DNA from: a virus
Taxonomy: Duplodnaviria; Caudoviricetes
Strand: one strand, 5' to 3'
DNA: 64,000 bases
IMG/VR virus record: IMGVR_UViG_3300042544_002864
Location: 1,784 to 65,783 of that record
A program made the position numbers and the translations under genes. This document shows positions 47,619-55,990 of this stretch, one piece after another; the stretch's first letter is position 1; each line of letters opens with the position of its first letter. The notes under the pieces are model-generated. The model was not told where the DNA came from, did no database searches, and was given only the letters and a program-made list of their open reading frames with translations.

Positions 47619-49469
47619 ATGATAAAAAAATATCAAAACTTCCTGAACGAAGAAGTAGGTCTTAAAAACATTTCTAAGATAGCGAAACTTTACAAAACTG
47701 CTGAAATTTATTTCCACAAAGACTTAGATGGTGTTACATCAGCTATCGCTATGAAAGAATTCTTAAAGAATTATTATCAAATAGAAACGGTTGATTGTCA
47801 TATTATTCAATATGGTGGATTGGAATACGCTGTTAAAAATCATAAAGAAGGAAATCTTTGTGTCTTAGTTGACTTTGCTCATGGTAAACCAATGTTTCAT
47901 ATTGCAACTGACCACCATGATAAACAATCAGGTGCTGAAGATACTCAATCTACTTATTTCAAACACACTCGTTCAAATGTTGAAACTATTTCAGGTGAGA
48001 TTTCATATTCTGATATTTTCACTCACGAAGATATTGAATTAATTAAAACAGTTGACTCTGCTAACTTTTTAGCAAATGATATCAAACCAGAAGATGTTCA
48101 AAATTCTATCTTCTCTACTAATAAAAATCTTTCTCCTTCTAAAAATAGATTTATGATGGGTTTTGTAGTTAATAGATTATTATTAGCTTATAAAAATAAA
48201 AGAATTACAACTAAATCATTAGATGGTAAAAGAAACCATATCAATAGAAATATACTTGAGTGTTTAACTTTAGATTCTACTGGTAGTTTATATTCAATGT
48301 TTAATAACCTTAAAAATTATATCAACAATGCTAAAACTACTGATAAGTTAGGAAGATTAGCAACTCCAGAAGAAATCAAAGCTAACTTAAGTGACTATAT
48401 TGATAGAATGAAAAACTATAGTTTCATTGAGGATCCTAGTACGGGAGATGTTTCCGAATACGATCCAACTAACTGGAGACATAAAAAAATGTTAGATACT
48501 GGAGCTCAAATTGGTAAAGGTGTTCACTTTGATGAGGAATATAACATAGTTACTCAATATGGTGGTGGTTCAATGATTAAAGCTGGTTCTTATGACAGAT
48601 ATGTTGTTTTCAAAAACAACCCTAAAGCAGATTTCAATTGTATTGCTTGGCCAATGGGTTTATTACAAGTTTCTTGTAACCCATTTAAGGAAAAAGCGTT
48701 AAAGGAAATTAACTTAGGTGAAATTGCTAAAGAAGTTTTAGCTAAACACGAGTCGATTCTTAAAAGATTCTTCGTTTCTTTAGAGTCGATTAAAAAAGAA
48801 TTTGAAACATCTCAAGATTGGAAAGCAATGGCTAAAGCAGAAGGTGATGATTATGAAGGAGTAGGATTTAAATTTAGTGATTTAGAAGCTTTCTACAAAG
48901 ATTGTTTATTTGAGAAAAAAGATAATAATGTTGTTAATGTTGATATTAATGATCCAAAACTAAGAAGTAGTATGAATACTTTATTCACTGACCTTACACC
49001 AGATCAAAAATTCTACCTAAGTAGTATTAAAATTCCAGCTTGGGAACTTATCATTAGAAACTCAGGTGGACATCCATCAATTACTAACATTACAGGTTTG
49101 AATTTCTTAAAATATAATAAAGCGGCTCTTAAAATAGCGTATAAAACAGAAAAGTATGTTGATGTTCTTAAAACATTAGCTAAAGATTTTGTAAATGTTC
49201 TTAAAACTAAAATTGATATTGCTAAAGAAGGTGGTCAAGTTGAGTATGATACTAAAGGAGTTGAGTTACTTGGACAAGATACAAATGAGAATTTTGATTA
49301 TCAAATTGTTGATAAAGTAAGTGGTCAACCCGTTTCAGTTACAAAGGATCAATTCTTAAAAGCTGGAGCATCTAAAGGAATGAAAACTGATAGAAAAAGT
49401 TTGATGAGTATTGATATGGTGAATAAGAAAGTAGTTGCTAAGTTTGAAAATTTTAATATTAAAAAATAA
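47619..49469 (+). CDS. DHH-family phosphoesterase with capsid-targeting-like N-terminus
   Basis: MIKKYQNFLNEE; FHKDLDGVTSA, LVDFAH, TDHHD, C-terminal SGGH. Confidence 0.75.
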   Translation: MIKKYQNFLNEEVGLKNISKIAKLYKTAEIYFHKDLDGVTSAIAMKEFLKNYYQIETVDCHIIQYGGLEYAVKNHKEGNLCVLVDFAHGKPMFHIATDHHDKQSGAEDTQSTYFKHTRSNVETISGEISYSDIFTHEDIELIKTVDSANFLANDIKPEDVQNSIFSTNKNLSPSKNRFMMGFVVNRLLLAYKNKRITTKSLDGKRNHINRNILECLTLDSTGSLYSMFNNLKNYINNAKTTDKLGRLATPEEIKANLSDYIDRMKNYSFIEDPSTGDVSEYDPTNWRHKKMLDTGAQIGKGVHFDEEYNIVTQYGGGSMIKAGSYDRYVVFKNNPKADFNCIAWPMGLLQVSCNPFKEKALKEINLGEIAKEVLAKHESILKRFFVSLESIKKEFETSQDWKAMAKAEGDDYEGVGFKFSDLEAFYKDCLFEKKDNNVVNVDINDPKLRSSMNTLFTDLTPDQKFYLSSIKIPAWELIIRNSGGHPSITNITGLNFLKYNKAALKIAYKTEKYVDVLKTLAKDFVNVLKTKIDIAKEGGQVEYDTKGVELLGQDTNENFDYQIVDKVSGQPVSVTKDQFLKAGASKGMKTDRKSLMSIDMVNKKVVAKFENFNIKK

Positions 49470-49830
49470 TATCAATATTTAAATCTTTTATCAACTCATC
49501 AGTACCTAAAATAGCATTTATTTTATTTTCTCTCATACGTTGTAAGTCTTTTGATAGTATTATTCTATTATCTGTTAGATATAGGTCTACATAACAATCA
49601 TATCCACAAAATATACCGACTTTAAATATACCAGTTGGGTTATTAATTTCACATGATGAGAATCTTGGATCACATTCGAGTATATTGAAAACAGACATAG
49701 GCATTATTATAAAGTTATAATTTTCATTAAGTCTATTCAAACTATTATAAATTGTTGAGGACTTCAATCTATTCTCCTCATATTCACTTTCTATTTGTCC
49801 GTATGTTATTTTATTTAAATCAATCTCCAT
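49459..49830 (-). CDS. Small protein, possible major-capsid-like fragment, with RENKINAIL motif
   Basis: NFIIMP.SVFNILE...KVGIFCGYDCYVDLY resembles a gp23-type segment. Confidence 0.5.
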   Translation of the reverse strand: MEIDLNKITYGQIESEYEENRLKSSTIYNSLNRLNENYNFIIMPMSVFNILECDPRFSSCEINNPTGIFKVGIFCGYDCYVDLYLTDNRIILSKDLQRMRENKINAILGTDELIKDLNIDIIF

Positions 49831-50488
49831 TTAATATTTTATTAATTTTATCATTTCTTAACTTAGAGACATCCTTTATAGATATTTTATATGAGTTAAA
49901 TCTACAATCATATAAATTATAATTAATTGTATGTTTCCACTCAAAATTATTATTATCAATTGGTTCTATTACATAATCCATATTCTGTAAAGAGTAAACT
50001 AAACTTTGTATAGAGTTATCAACAACATATAAAGTAAGTTCATCATCATCATTTATCAATGGTGAGTAAAAAACATCTACATTCATACCTACATATTTAT
50101 CTATTGAGTAGAAATAAGAAGGAAAAGCACTTGTGTTACTCTTACTTTTAACTAAACCAAAAATCTTTCTACTTTTATCTGAACAAAATATATAAAGAGG
50201 TTTTATACCTAATTCCGATATCTTATCAAACATATTTATCTCTTTTGATTTACTCATAGATTCTAATGGTATGATATACTCTTTTGATTTACCAATCATT
50301 ATATTCACACTTTTCTGGTATATGTCAACTATACTATTGATTATAAAACTCGGTGATGTGAGAGGTGAGTTTTTAATCTCTGTGTATTGAGAATCTATAG
50401 ATGAAATAACATCACCATTATATAGATGACTTACTTTCATCAGATTTTGTTCTAATGTTTTTTTATATTCTGAAAAAGATTCTCTCAC
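49820..50488 (-). CDS. Hypothetical protein with C-terminal RNDKINKIL motif
   Basis: 222-aa ORF, GTG start. Confidence 0.6.
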   Translation of the reverse strand: MRESFSEYKKTLEQNLMKVSHLYNGDVISSIDSQYTEIKNSPLTSPSFIINSIVDIYQKSVNIMIGKSKEYIIPLESMSKSKEINMFDKISELGIKPLYIFCSDKSRKIFGLVKSKSNTSAFPSYFYSIDKYVGMNVDVFYSPLINDDDELTLYVVDNSIQSLVYSLQNMDYVIEPIDNNNFEWKHTINYNLYDCRFNSYKISIKDVSKLRNDKINKILNGD

Positions 50489-50530
50489 TATATTTTTAGA
50501 TATTTATTTGAAAAAGTTTATATATAGATT

Positions 50531-51118
50531 ATGAATCATATAAAACTATTTGAAAATTTTACCAATCAGCCTTTAATCGATCTTGAGAATCAATTAATGA
50601 AATACTCAATTCCTATTCAATATTGGGGAACTGGAAATGCAAAAACAATCGAACATCTATTAGATGAGATAGATAATGAAGAATGTATAATTAAAGATGA
50701 AGGTGGGTATTTAGTTCGATATATCGAGTTTGTTGGAATTAGAATGTTATACAAAGACAAAGATAATAACACTTGGTTGTTAAAAGAAGATAGACAAGAG
50801 TTCAAAGATGGTAGAATTAGAAGAAGAGATATGCAATCATCAGTTTCAGAGAAAATGAAATCTGGAGAAAATCCATTAGTTTCAGCAGTAAGAGGAATTG
50901 AAGAAGAACTAGGTGTTAAAATCGAATCATCTCAATTAAGAAAGTTAAGACCAATGTATTATAATGGTGGTTCACAATCATATCCAGGATTAAAAACAAA
51001 ATATATCGGACATCAATTCACTTGTTATCTAACACCTGAGCAATTTGTGGAAAATGGTTATGTCGAAATACAAAAGGATAAGAGTACATTCTTTAAGTGG
51101 GTAAAACGAGATAATTAA
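50531..51118 (+). CDS. Nudix-like protein with capsid-targeting-like N-terminus
   Basis: MNHIKLFENF; SEKMKSGENPLVSAVRGIEEELGV is a variant Nudix box. Confidence 0.6.
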   Translation: MNHIKLFENFTNQPLIDLENQLMKYSIPIQYWGTGNAKTIEHLLDEIDNEECIIKDEGGYLVRYIEFVGIRMLYKDKDNNTWLLKEDRQEFKDGRIRRRDMQSSVSEKMKSGENPLVSAVRGIEEELGVKIESSQLRKLRPMYYNGGSQSYPGLKTKYIGHQFTCYLTPEQFVENGYVEIQKDKSTFFKWVKRDN

Positions 51119-51211
51119 TTTAACAATTATTTAATACTCTAAAATCACCTATTTTGTTGTGTTATTAAACAAAAGATAAAACTATCTTTTTTAAGACACT
51201 ATATATAATAC

Positions 51212-52195
51212 ATGAAAATTCTATATGGAATACAACTTAATGGGAATGGACATATAACAAGATCTATCGAAATAATATCAACTCTAAAAGAAAAGGGATT
51301 TGAGGTAGATATAATAACGTCCGGTGAGAACTCTAATTTAAATTTACCATTTGAAGTTAAAAGACATTTCAAAGGATTTTCACTACATTATAATAAATCA
51401 GGATCAATAAATTGGTCAAAATCAATTTTATCATCAAATATTTTTAGACTATTCAAAGATATCAAGTTTGATGTATCTGAATATGATTTAGTTATTTCCG
51501 ACTTTGAACCAATAAGTGCTTGGTCAGCTAAAAAATGTGGTATTAAGTCTATAAGTATATCAAATCAATGTTCACTAACATCAAAGAATACTCCAATAAA
51601 ATTAGGATTGTCTAAAAGAATATTTAGATTTTTTATAAAATATTTTGCGAAGTGTGATTATAACATTGGAATAGGATATGAAAGATATGATGATTTTATT
51701 TATCATCCAATAATTTCAAATTTCTTTCTGAAAAATAAAGTTTCAGACGAAGGTTTCTTTTTAGTTTATCTACCATCAATATCTCTTAATTTTTTAACTA
51801 ATGAGATGAGATGTTATAGGAATCTAAAATTTAAAATATACTCAGACGAAACAAAAACTGAGGTAACCTATAGTAACACAATAGTATGTCCAATAAATAA
51901 AGAATCTTTCCAAAGAGATTTATTAAGGTGTAGTGGTATAATAACAGCATCTGGGTTTTCAACTACATCAGAAGCTCTTATATTAAATAAAAAACTATGG
52001 TCTATTCCACTTAAAGGACAATATGAACAATTATTAAATGCTGAAAGCTTAAGTAGAATGGGTGTTTACACTTCTGACTTCAACTCAAATTCATTGGGAA
52101 TGTGGGTATTAAGTTACAATAGTATAGATTACAATTGGGTAAACCCAAAAGATGATATAATAAATAAGATAATTAGTATTTATGGAAAAGATTAG
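51212..52195 (+). CDS. Glycosyltransferase (GT-B, MJ1255-like)
   Basis: MKILYG...GNGHITRS, DLVISDFEP, SGF.T.SEAL...K....IP..GQYEQ..NA. Confidence 0.85.
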   Translation: MKILYGIQLNGNGHITRSIEIISTLKEKGFEVDIITSGENSNLNLPFEVKRHFKGFSLHYNKSGSINWSKSILSSNIFRLFKDIKFDVSEYDLVISDFEPISAWSAKKCGIKSISISNQCSLTSKNTPIKLGLSKRIFRFFIKYFAKCDYNIGIGYERYDDFIYHPIISNFFLKNKVSDEGFFLVYLPSISLNFLTNEMRCYRNLKFKIYSDETKTEVTYSNTIVCPINKESFQRDLLRCSGIITASGFSTTSEALILNKKLWSIPLKGQYEQLLNAESLSRMGVYTSDFNSNSLGMWVLSYNSIDYNWVNPKDDIINKIISIYGKD

Positions 52196-52919
52196 AACTT
52201 TATTTATATCCGATGTTCATTTAGGAACTACTAAATGTCAAGCGGATAAATTACTTCAAGTATTAAAAGATTATGAATATGATGAATTGATAATCGTAGG
52301 TGACTTTATAGACCTAACATCATTGAAAAGAAAATTTTACTGGAACCCAGACCATTCTACGGTTATCCAAAAGGTTTTAAGATCATCTAGAAAAGGAACA
52401 AAAGTTACTTATATTTTAGGCAATCATGATTATTTCTTAAGAGGATTGATAAAAGAAGAGAATATAAACTTAGGTGATGTGCTTATTTGTGATGAACATT
52501 ATTACAAAACATTAAAAGGTGAGAATATCTACATTTGTCATGGAGATCAATTTGATGGATTCATAAGATTACATCCATTCTTATATGTTTTAGGTGACTG
52601 GGCTTATGAGATGAGTTTTAAGATTAATAAAATGTATAATAAGATAAGACGATTCTTTGGATTAGAATACTGGTCACTTTCACAATATCTTAAATCAAAG
52701 GTTAAAAATGCTATTTCATTTATAAATGACTTCAAGATACTCTCTATGAAGAAATTAGAAGAGGTTCAGTGTGATTCGATTATGATAGGACACATTCATA
52801 CTCCAGCTATTGATAAAATAGGAGACAAGACTTATTATAATACTGGTGATTTTTGCGAGACTTGTTCATTTCTAATAGAAACAATTGATGGTGATATTGA
52901 AATGATTATTATTGGTTAA
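52182..52919 (+). CDS. Metallophosphoesterase, UDP-2,3-diacylglucosamine hydrolase (LpxH)-like
   Basis: ISDVHLG, VGDFID, GNHD, HGDQFD, GHIH, NTGD. Confidence 0.85.
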   Translation: MEKIRTLFISDVHLGTTKCQADKLLQVLKDYEYDELIIVGDFIDLTSLKRKFYWNPDHSTVIQKVLRSSRKGTKVTYILGNHDYFLRGLIKEENINLGDVLICDEHYYKTLKGENIYICHGDQFDGFIRLHPFLYVLGDWAYEMSFKINKMYNKIRRFFGLEYWSLSQYLKSKVKNAISFINDFKILSMKKLEEVQCDSIMIGHIHTPAIDKIGDKTYYNTGDFCETCSFLIETIDGDIEMIIIG

Positions 52920-52963
52920 ACTTTTTATTTTTATTGATATATAAATAAAAAATATAAAACTAA

Positions 52964-53377
52964 ATGATACAAATTGGAAGTACGGTAAATGTACACTACA
53001 CTGGAAAATTAAAAAGCGGAGAAGTTTTTGACTCTTCTGAAGGGAGAGATCCTTTATCATTCACTATTGGAACTAATCAGATTATTCCAGGATTTGAGAA
53101 TGCTATTATCGGTAAAAATGTTGGAGATAAAGTAACTATCGAAATCGAGCCAAAAGATGCTTATGGTGAGTATAGAGAAGACTTATTAGTTAAAGTTGAA
53201 AATGATCAATTACCTGGTCCGGTAGAAGTTGGTCAAGTGTTACAAGCAGACAATGGTGGACAACCAGTGAATGTAACGGTTAAAGAAGTAAATGAAGGTC
53301 ACGTAATAATTGATGGTAATCATCCTTTATGTGGAAAAGAGTTAATCTTTGACATCGAAGTTGTTAGTTTTCAATAA
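52964..53377 (+). CDS. slyD: FKBP-type peptidyl-prolyl isomerase (SlyD/SlpA-like)
   Basis: VHYTGKL..GEVFDSS, IIPGFE, AYGE, DGNHPL.GK.L.FDIEV. Confidence 0.9.
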   Translation: MIQIGSTVNVHYTGKLKSGEVFDSSEGRDPLSFTIGTNQIIPGFENAIIGKNVGDKVTIEIEPKDAYGEYREDLLVKVENDQLPGPVEVGQVLQADNGGQPVNVTVKEVNEGHVIIDGNHPLCGKELIFDIEVVSFQ

Positions 53378-53395
53378 TTAACATTAAAAGAAACA

Positions 53396-53422
53396 AAAAA
53401 AAGACTCATATGAGTCTTTTTT
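53396..53422. terminator. Bidirectional intrinsic terminator
   Basis: aaaaaaagactca-ta-tgagtcttttttt. Confidence 0.75.
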
Positions 53423-53434
53423 TATTTTAAATAA

Positions 53435-53704
53435 TTAGAAGTCTAGTTTCAGAAATCGAACACCATCACATTGGAAATATTCAACCATTTGTATAATTAA
53501 TTCCTCATCCTTTGAGATAATATCATATTCCTGTTTAGCCATTTGAATATTATAATCCTCATTGCATCTACATCCGTTATAATAATCATACATAAAGTCA
53601 ATAAAAGGTAGAAACTTATTATTCTCAGATAAAGTTGAATTTTCAGAAATTAGTCTATATAATTGATCAGTTGATTTTATATAAAGATATTTTGATACAT
53701 TCAT
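53435..53704 (-). CDS. Hypothetical protein
   Basis: 89-aa ORF with GCRC. Confidence 0.55.
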   Translation of the reverse strand: MNVSKYLYIKSTDQLYRLISENSTLSENNKFLPFIDFMYDYYNGCRCNEDYNIQMAKQEYDIISKDEELIIQMVEYFQCDGVRFLKLDF

Positions 53705-54037
53705 TTAATATACATTCTTTTTTAATAACATATATATCACATAACTCACTATGTAAATAATGGGAAAGAATATAATATTATTGTAGATAATACAAAATAA
53801 TAAAACTATCCAAAAATTTATACAAGGTGGACAAGTAATCAACCTTGTATAAAAGTTGGAATATTTTTGTCTTATGAAAGATAGATATGTTATTTTTGGA
53901 TTCTGTGTTTTATATTCATCAAATTTATCAATCTTAAATAACTTACTTAATCTTAATAACCTGAAATACTCAATAAAGGCATCAGTATCGAACCATATAA
54001 ATAATAAAAAATTTATCCAAAAAATTTGAAATATCAT
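53705..54037 (-). CDS. Membrane protein, DUF1360-like
   Basis: Hydrophobic; LITCPPCINFW CxxC motif. Confidence 0.5.
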   Translation of the reverse strand: MIFQIFWINFLLFIWFDTDAFIEYFRLLRLSKLFKIDKFDEYKTQNPKITYLSFIRQKYSNFYTRLITCPPCINFWIVLLFCIIYNNIIFFPIIYIVSYVIYMLLKKNVY

Positions 54038-54066
54038 ATTTATTATATTTAATAATAAATCAATGT

Positions 54067-54213
54067 TTATCTTCCTTGTCCTTTATAAGACTTTTTATAA
54101 TTTTTAGCGTTTTTAGAAACTGAACATTTTGTCTTTGCGTGAATACCTGCTCTTTTCTTTTTTGGCTTTGATACAAGTGATGTTGATGATGTTGAAGATT
54201 TAGCTTTTGCCAT
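54067..54213 (-). CDS. 48-aa very basic peptide (not in ORF track)
   Basis: MAKAKSSTSSTSLVSKPKKKRAGIHAKTKCSVSKNAKNYKKSYKGQGR; TAATATATA at 54235-54243. Confidence 0.75.
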   Translation of the reverse strand: MAKAKSSTSSTSLVSKPKKKRAGIHAKTKCSVSKNAKNYKKSYKGQGR

Positions 54214-54274
54214 AGTGGTTATTTTAATTTTTTATATATATTAAAAATTAAAAAAATAATAATATCTTTACAAG

Positions 54275-54994
54275 ATGATTAAACAACTAACTATTTTATT
54301 TTTATTAATATCGTCTAGTCTTTTCTCACAGACCGAATTAAACTTAGATAATAATCTTACTGGGGTGTATTCTGAGACAAAAAATGGACCTCAATTTGGT
54401 CTAAATTTCGCAGGAAATAACTCACTAGATATAAACAAATTTTCACTTGATTTAGGTACAAACTATCAACTAGGATATCTACAAAAATCTTTAACTCAAA
54501 ACGAATTTATACAAAGAGCTAATTTAGCTTATAATCACGAATATTGGGATGTATTTACAACTTATCAATATAACTATTCGTTAATAAGACAAATCGAATC
54601 TGATAATTGGATCGGAATTGGTGGTGGTGTTAAGAAGAAATTTAGTTGGGGTAAATTATCTTTATCTTATGCAACATTATATCAAAGTACAAATTATACT
54701 GGTATAGAATCAACAGGTCAACTTAGACATTCATTAAGAGCTAAAATAAAGATTGATAAAACCAGAATTGGATTATCAATGGAGTATTACTATCAACCAT
54801 CAATGAGTAATTTTAATGATTATATTGTATATGGAATAACTAAAATAATAATAAATCCAAAAAAACCTGTTAGTTTTATAATACAAGATGTTTTAAATTA
54901 TAGAACAGATAGTGAATTTAAATTGTTACATAATATAAATTTCGGAATTTCATACAAGTTTGTAAAAAAAGTCGAAAAAAAATCCGAAAAATAG
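54275..54994 (+). CDS. Outer-membrane beta-barrel protein (DUF481-like)
   Basis: Signal peptide ending LFS-Q; alternating amphipathic strands; C-terminal FGISYKF. Confidence 0.6.
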   Translation: MIKQLTILFLLISSSLFSQTELNLDNNLTGVYSETKNGPQFGLNFAGNNSLDINKFSLDLGTNYQLGYLQKSLTQNEFIQRANLAYNHEYWDVFTTYQYNYSLIRQIESDNWIGIGGGVKKKFSWGKLSLSYATLYQSTNYTGIESTGQLRHSLRAKIKIDKTRIGLSMEYYYQPSMSNFNDYIVYGITKIIINPKKPVSFIIQDVLNYRTDSEFKLLHNINFGISYKFVKKVEKKSEK

Positions 54995-55074
54995 TAAAAG
55001 GAAGAGATAGTTTCTGATATATACAAAGAAGATTTTGGTATGGATTAGTTTCTGTATCAAAAAAAAAATTTCTT

Positions 55075-55917
55075 ATGAAAAAAACCTTAACGTACAATTC
55101 TCTCGTTCAAAAAATGAGGGACTTTTTTTTGCAAAAAAACTTCGTAGAAGTCCCTACACAATCTAGATTATCTATTTTGGCGGCATGTGAAAATCCACAC
55201 TCAGTAACAACCTTTAATTATCAAGGTGAAGTATGGCCTTTACCTCAAACTGGTCAAATGTGGTTAGAATATGAACTACTTAGAAACCCAGAGTGGGAAG
55301 GATGTTTCTGTATTTCTACATCATACAGACAGGAAAAAGATCCAATTCCTGGTAGACACGAAATGATATTTCCAATGTTCGAATTTGAATCAAAAGGAGG
55401 TATGGAAGAATTAAAAAAATTAGAAGCTGAATTATTAGAACATTTAGGATTTGACGCACCAGTAGAAAGAAACTATGATGATTTATGTCAAGAATACGGA
55501 GGAGTAGAAATACTTGAAGATGAACACGAAAGTAAAATGTGGAAAGAATTAGGACATTGCGTTTCCTTACAAAACTTTCCAATTAGAACATCACCATTCT
55601 GGAATATGAGACATGCTGGAGAAGGAATCTTTAATAAAATTGATGTTATTCTTTTTGGACAAGAAACAATTGGTTCAGCAGAAAGAAGTTGTGATAAAGA
55701 ATATATGAGAAATCTATTTGAAACAATTTCAGAAGGTGGTTATGCTGCTAAATTATTTGAATTATTTGGTGAAGAAAGAGTAAGAAAAGAATTAGATGAA
55801 TTTTTAGAATTTGAATTCTTTCCAAGATTCGGTGGTGGTATCGGACTAACAAGATTAGCAAGAGCTTATGAAATGTTACAAGAACTAAAAGAAAAAGAAG
55901 TTGAAGAACTAGTATAA
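55075..55917 (+). CDS. Class II aaRS catalytic-domain-only paralog (Asn/Asp-RS-like; archaeal-type asparagine synthetase-like)
   Basis: Motif 1 RDFF...FVEV.T, motif 2 SYRQE....GRH..IFPMFEFE, ETIGSAER, motif 3 GGGIGLTRL; no anticodon-binding domain. Confidence 0.8.
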   Translation: MKKTLTYNSLVQKMRDFFLQKNFVEVPTQSRLSILAACENPHSVTTFNYQGEVWPLPQTGQMWLEYELLRNPEWEGCFCISTSYRQEKDPIPGRHEMIFPMFEFESKGGMEELKKLEAELLEHLGFDAPVERNYDDLCQEYGGVEILEDEHESKMWKELGHCVSLQNFPIRTSPFWNMRHAGEGIFNKIDVILFGQETIGSAERSCDKEYMRNLFETISEGGYAAKLFELFGEERVRKELDEFLEFEFFPRFGGGIGLTRLARAYEMLQELKEKEVEELV

Positions 55918-55919
55918 TT

Positions 55920-55947
55920 AAAAGGGAGTCAATTGACTCCCTTTTTT
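55920..55947 (+). terminator. Intrinsic terminator
   Basis: aaaagggagtca-at-tgactccctttttt. Confidence 0.8.
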
Positions 55948-55990
55948 ATTTTAAAATATTTAATATATAAACTATAAAAATAACATTATA

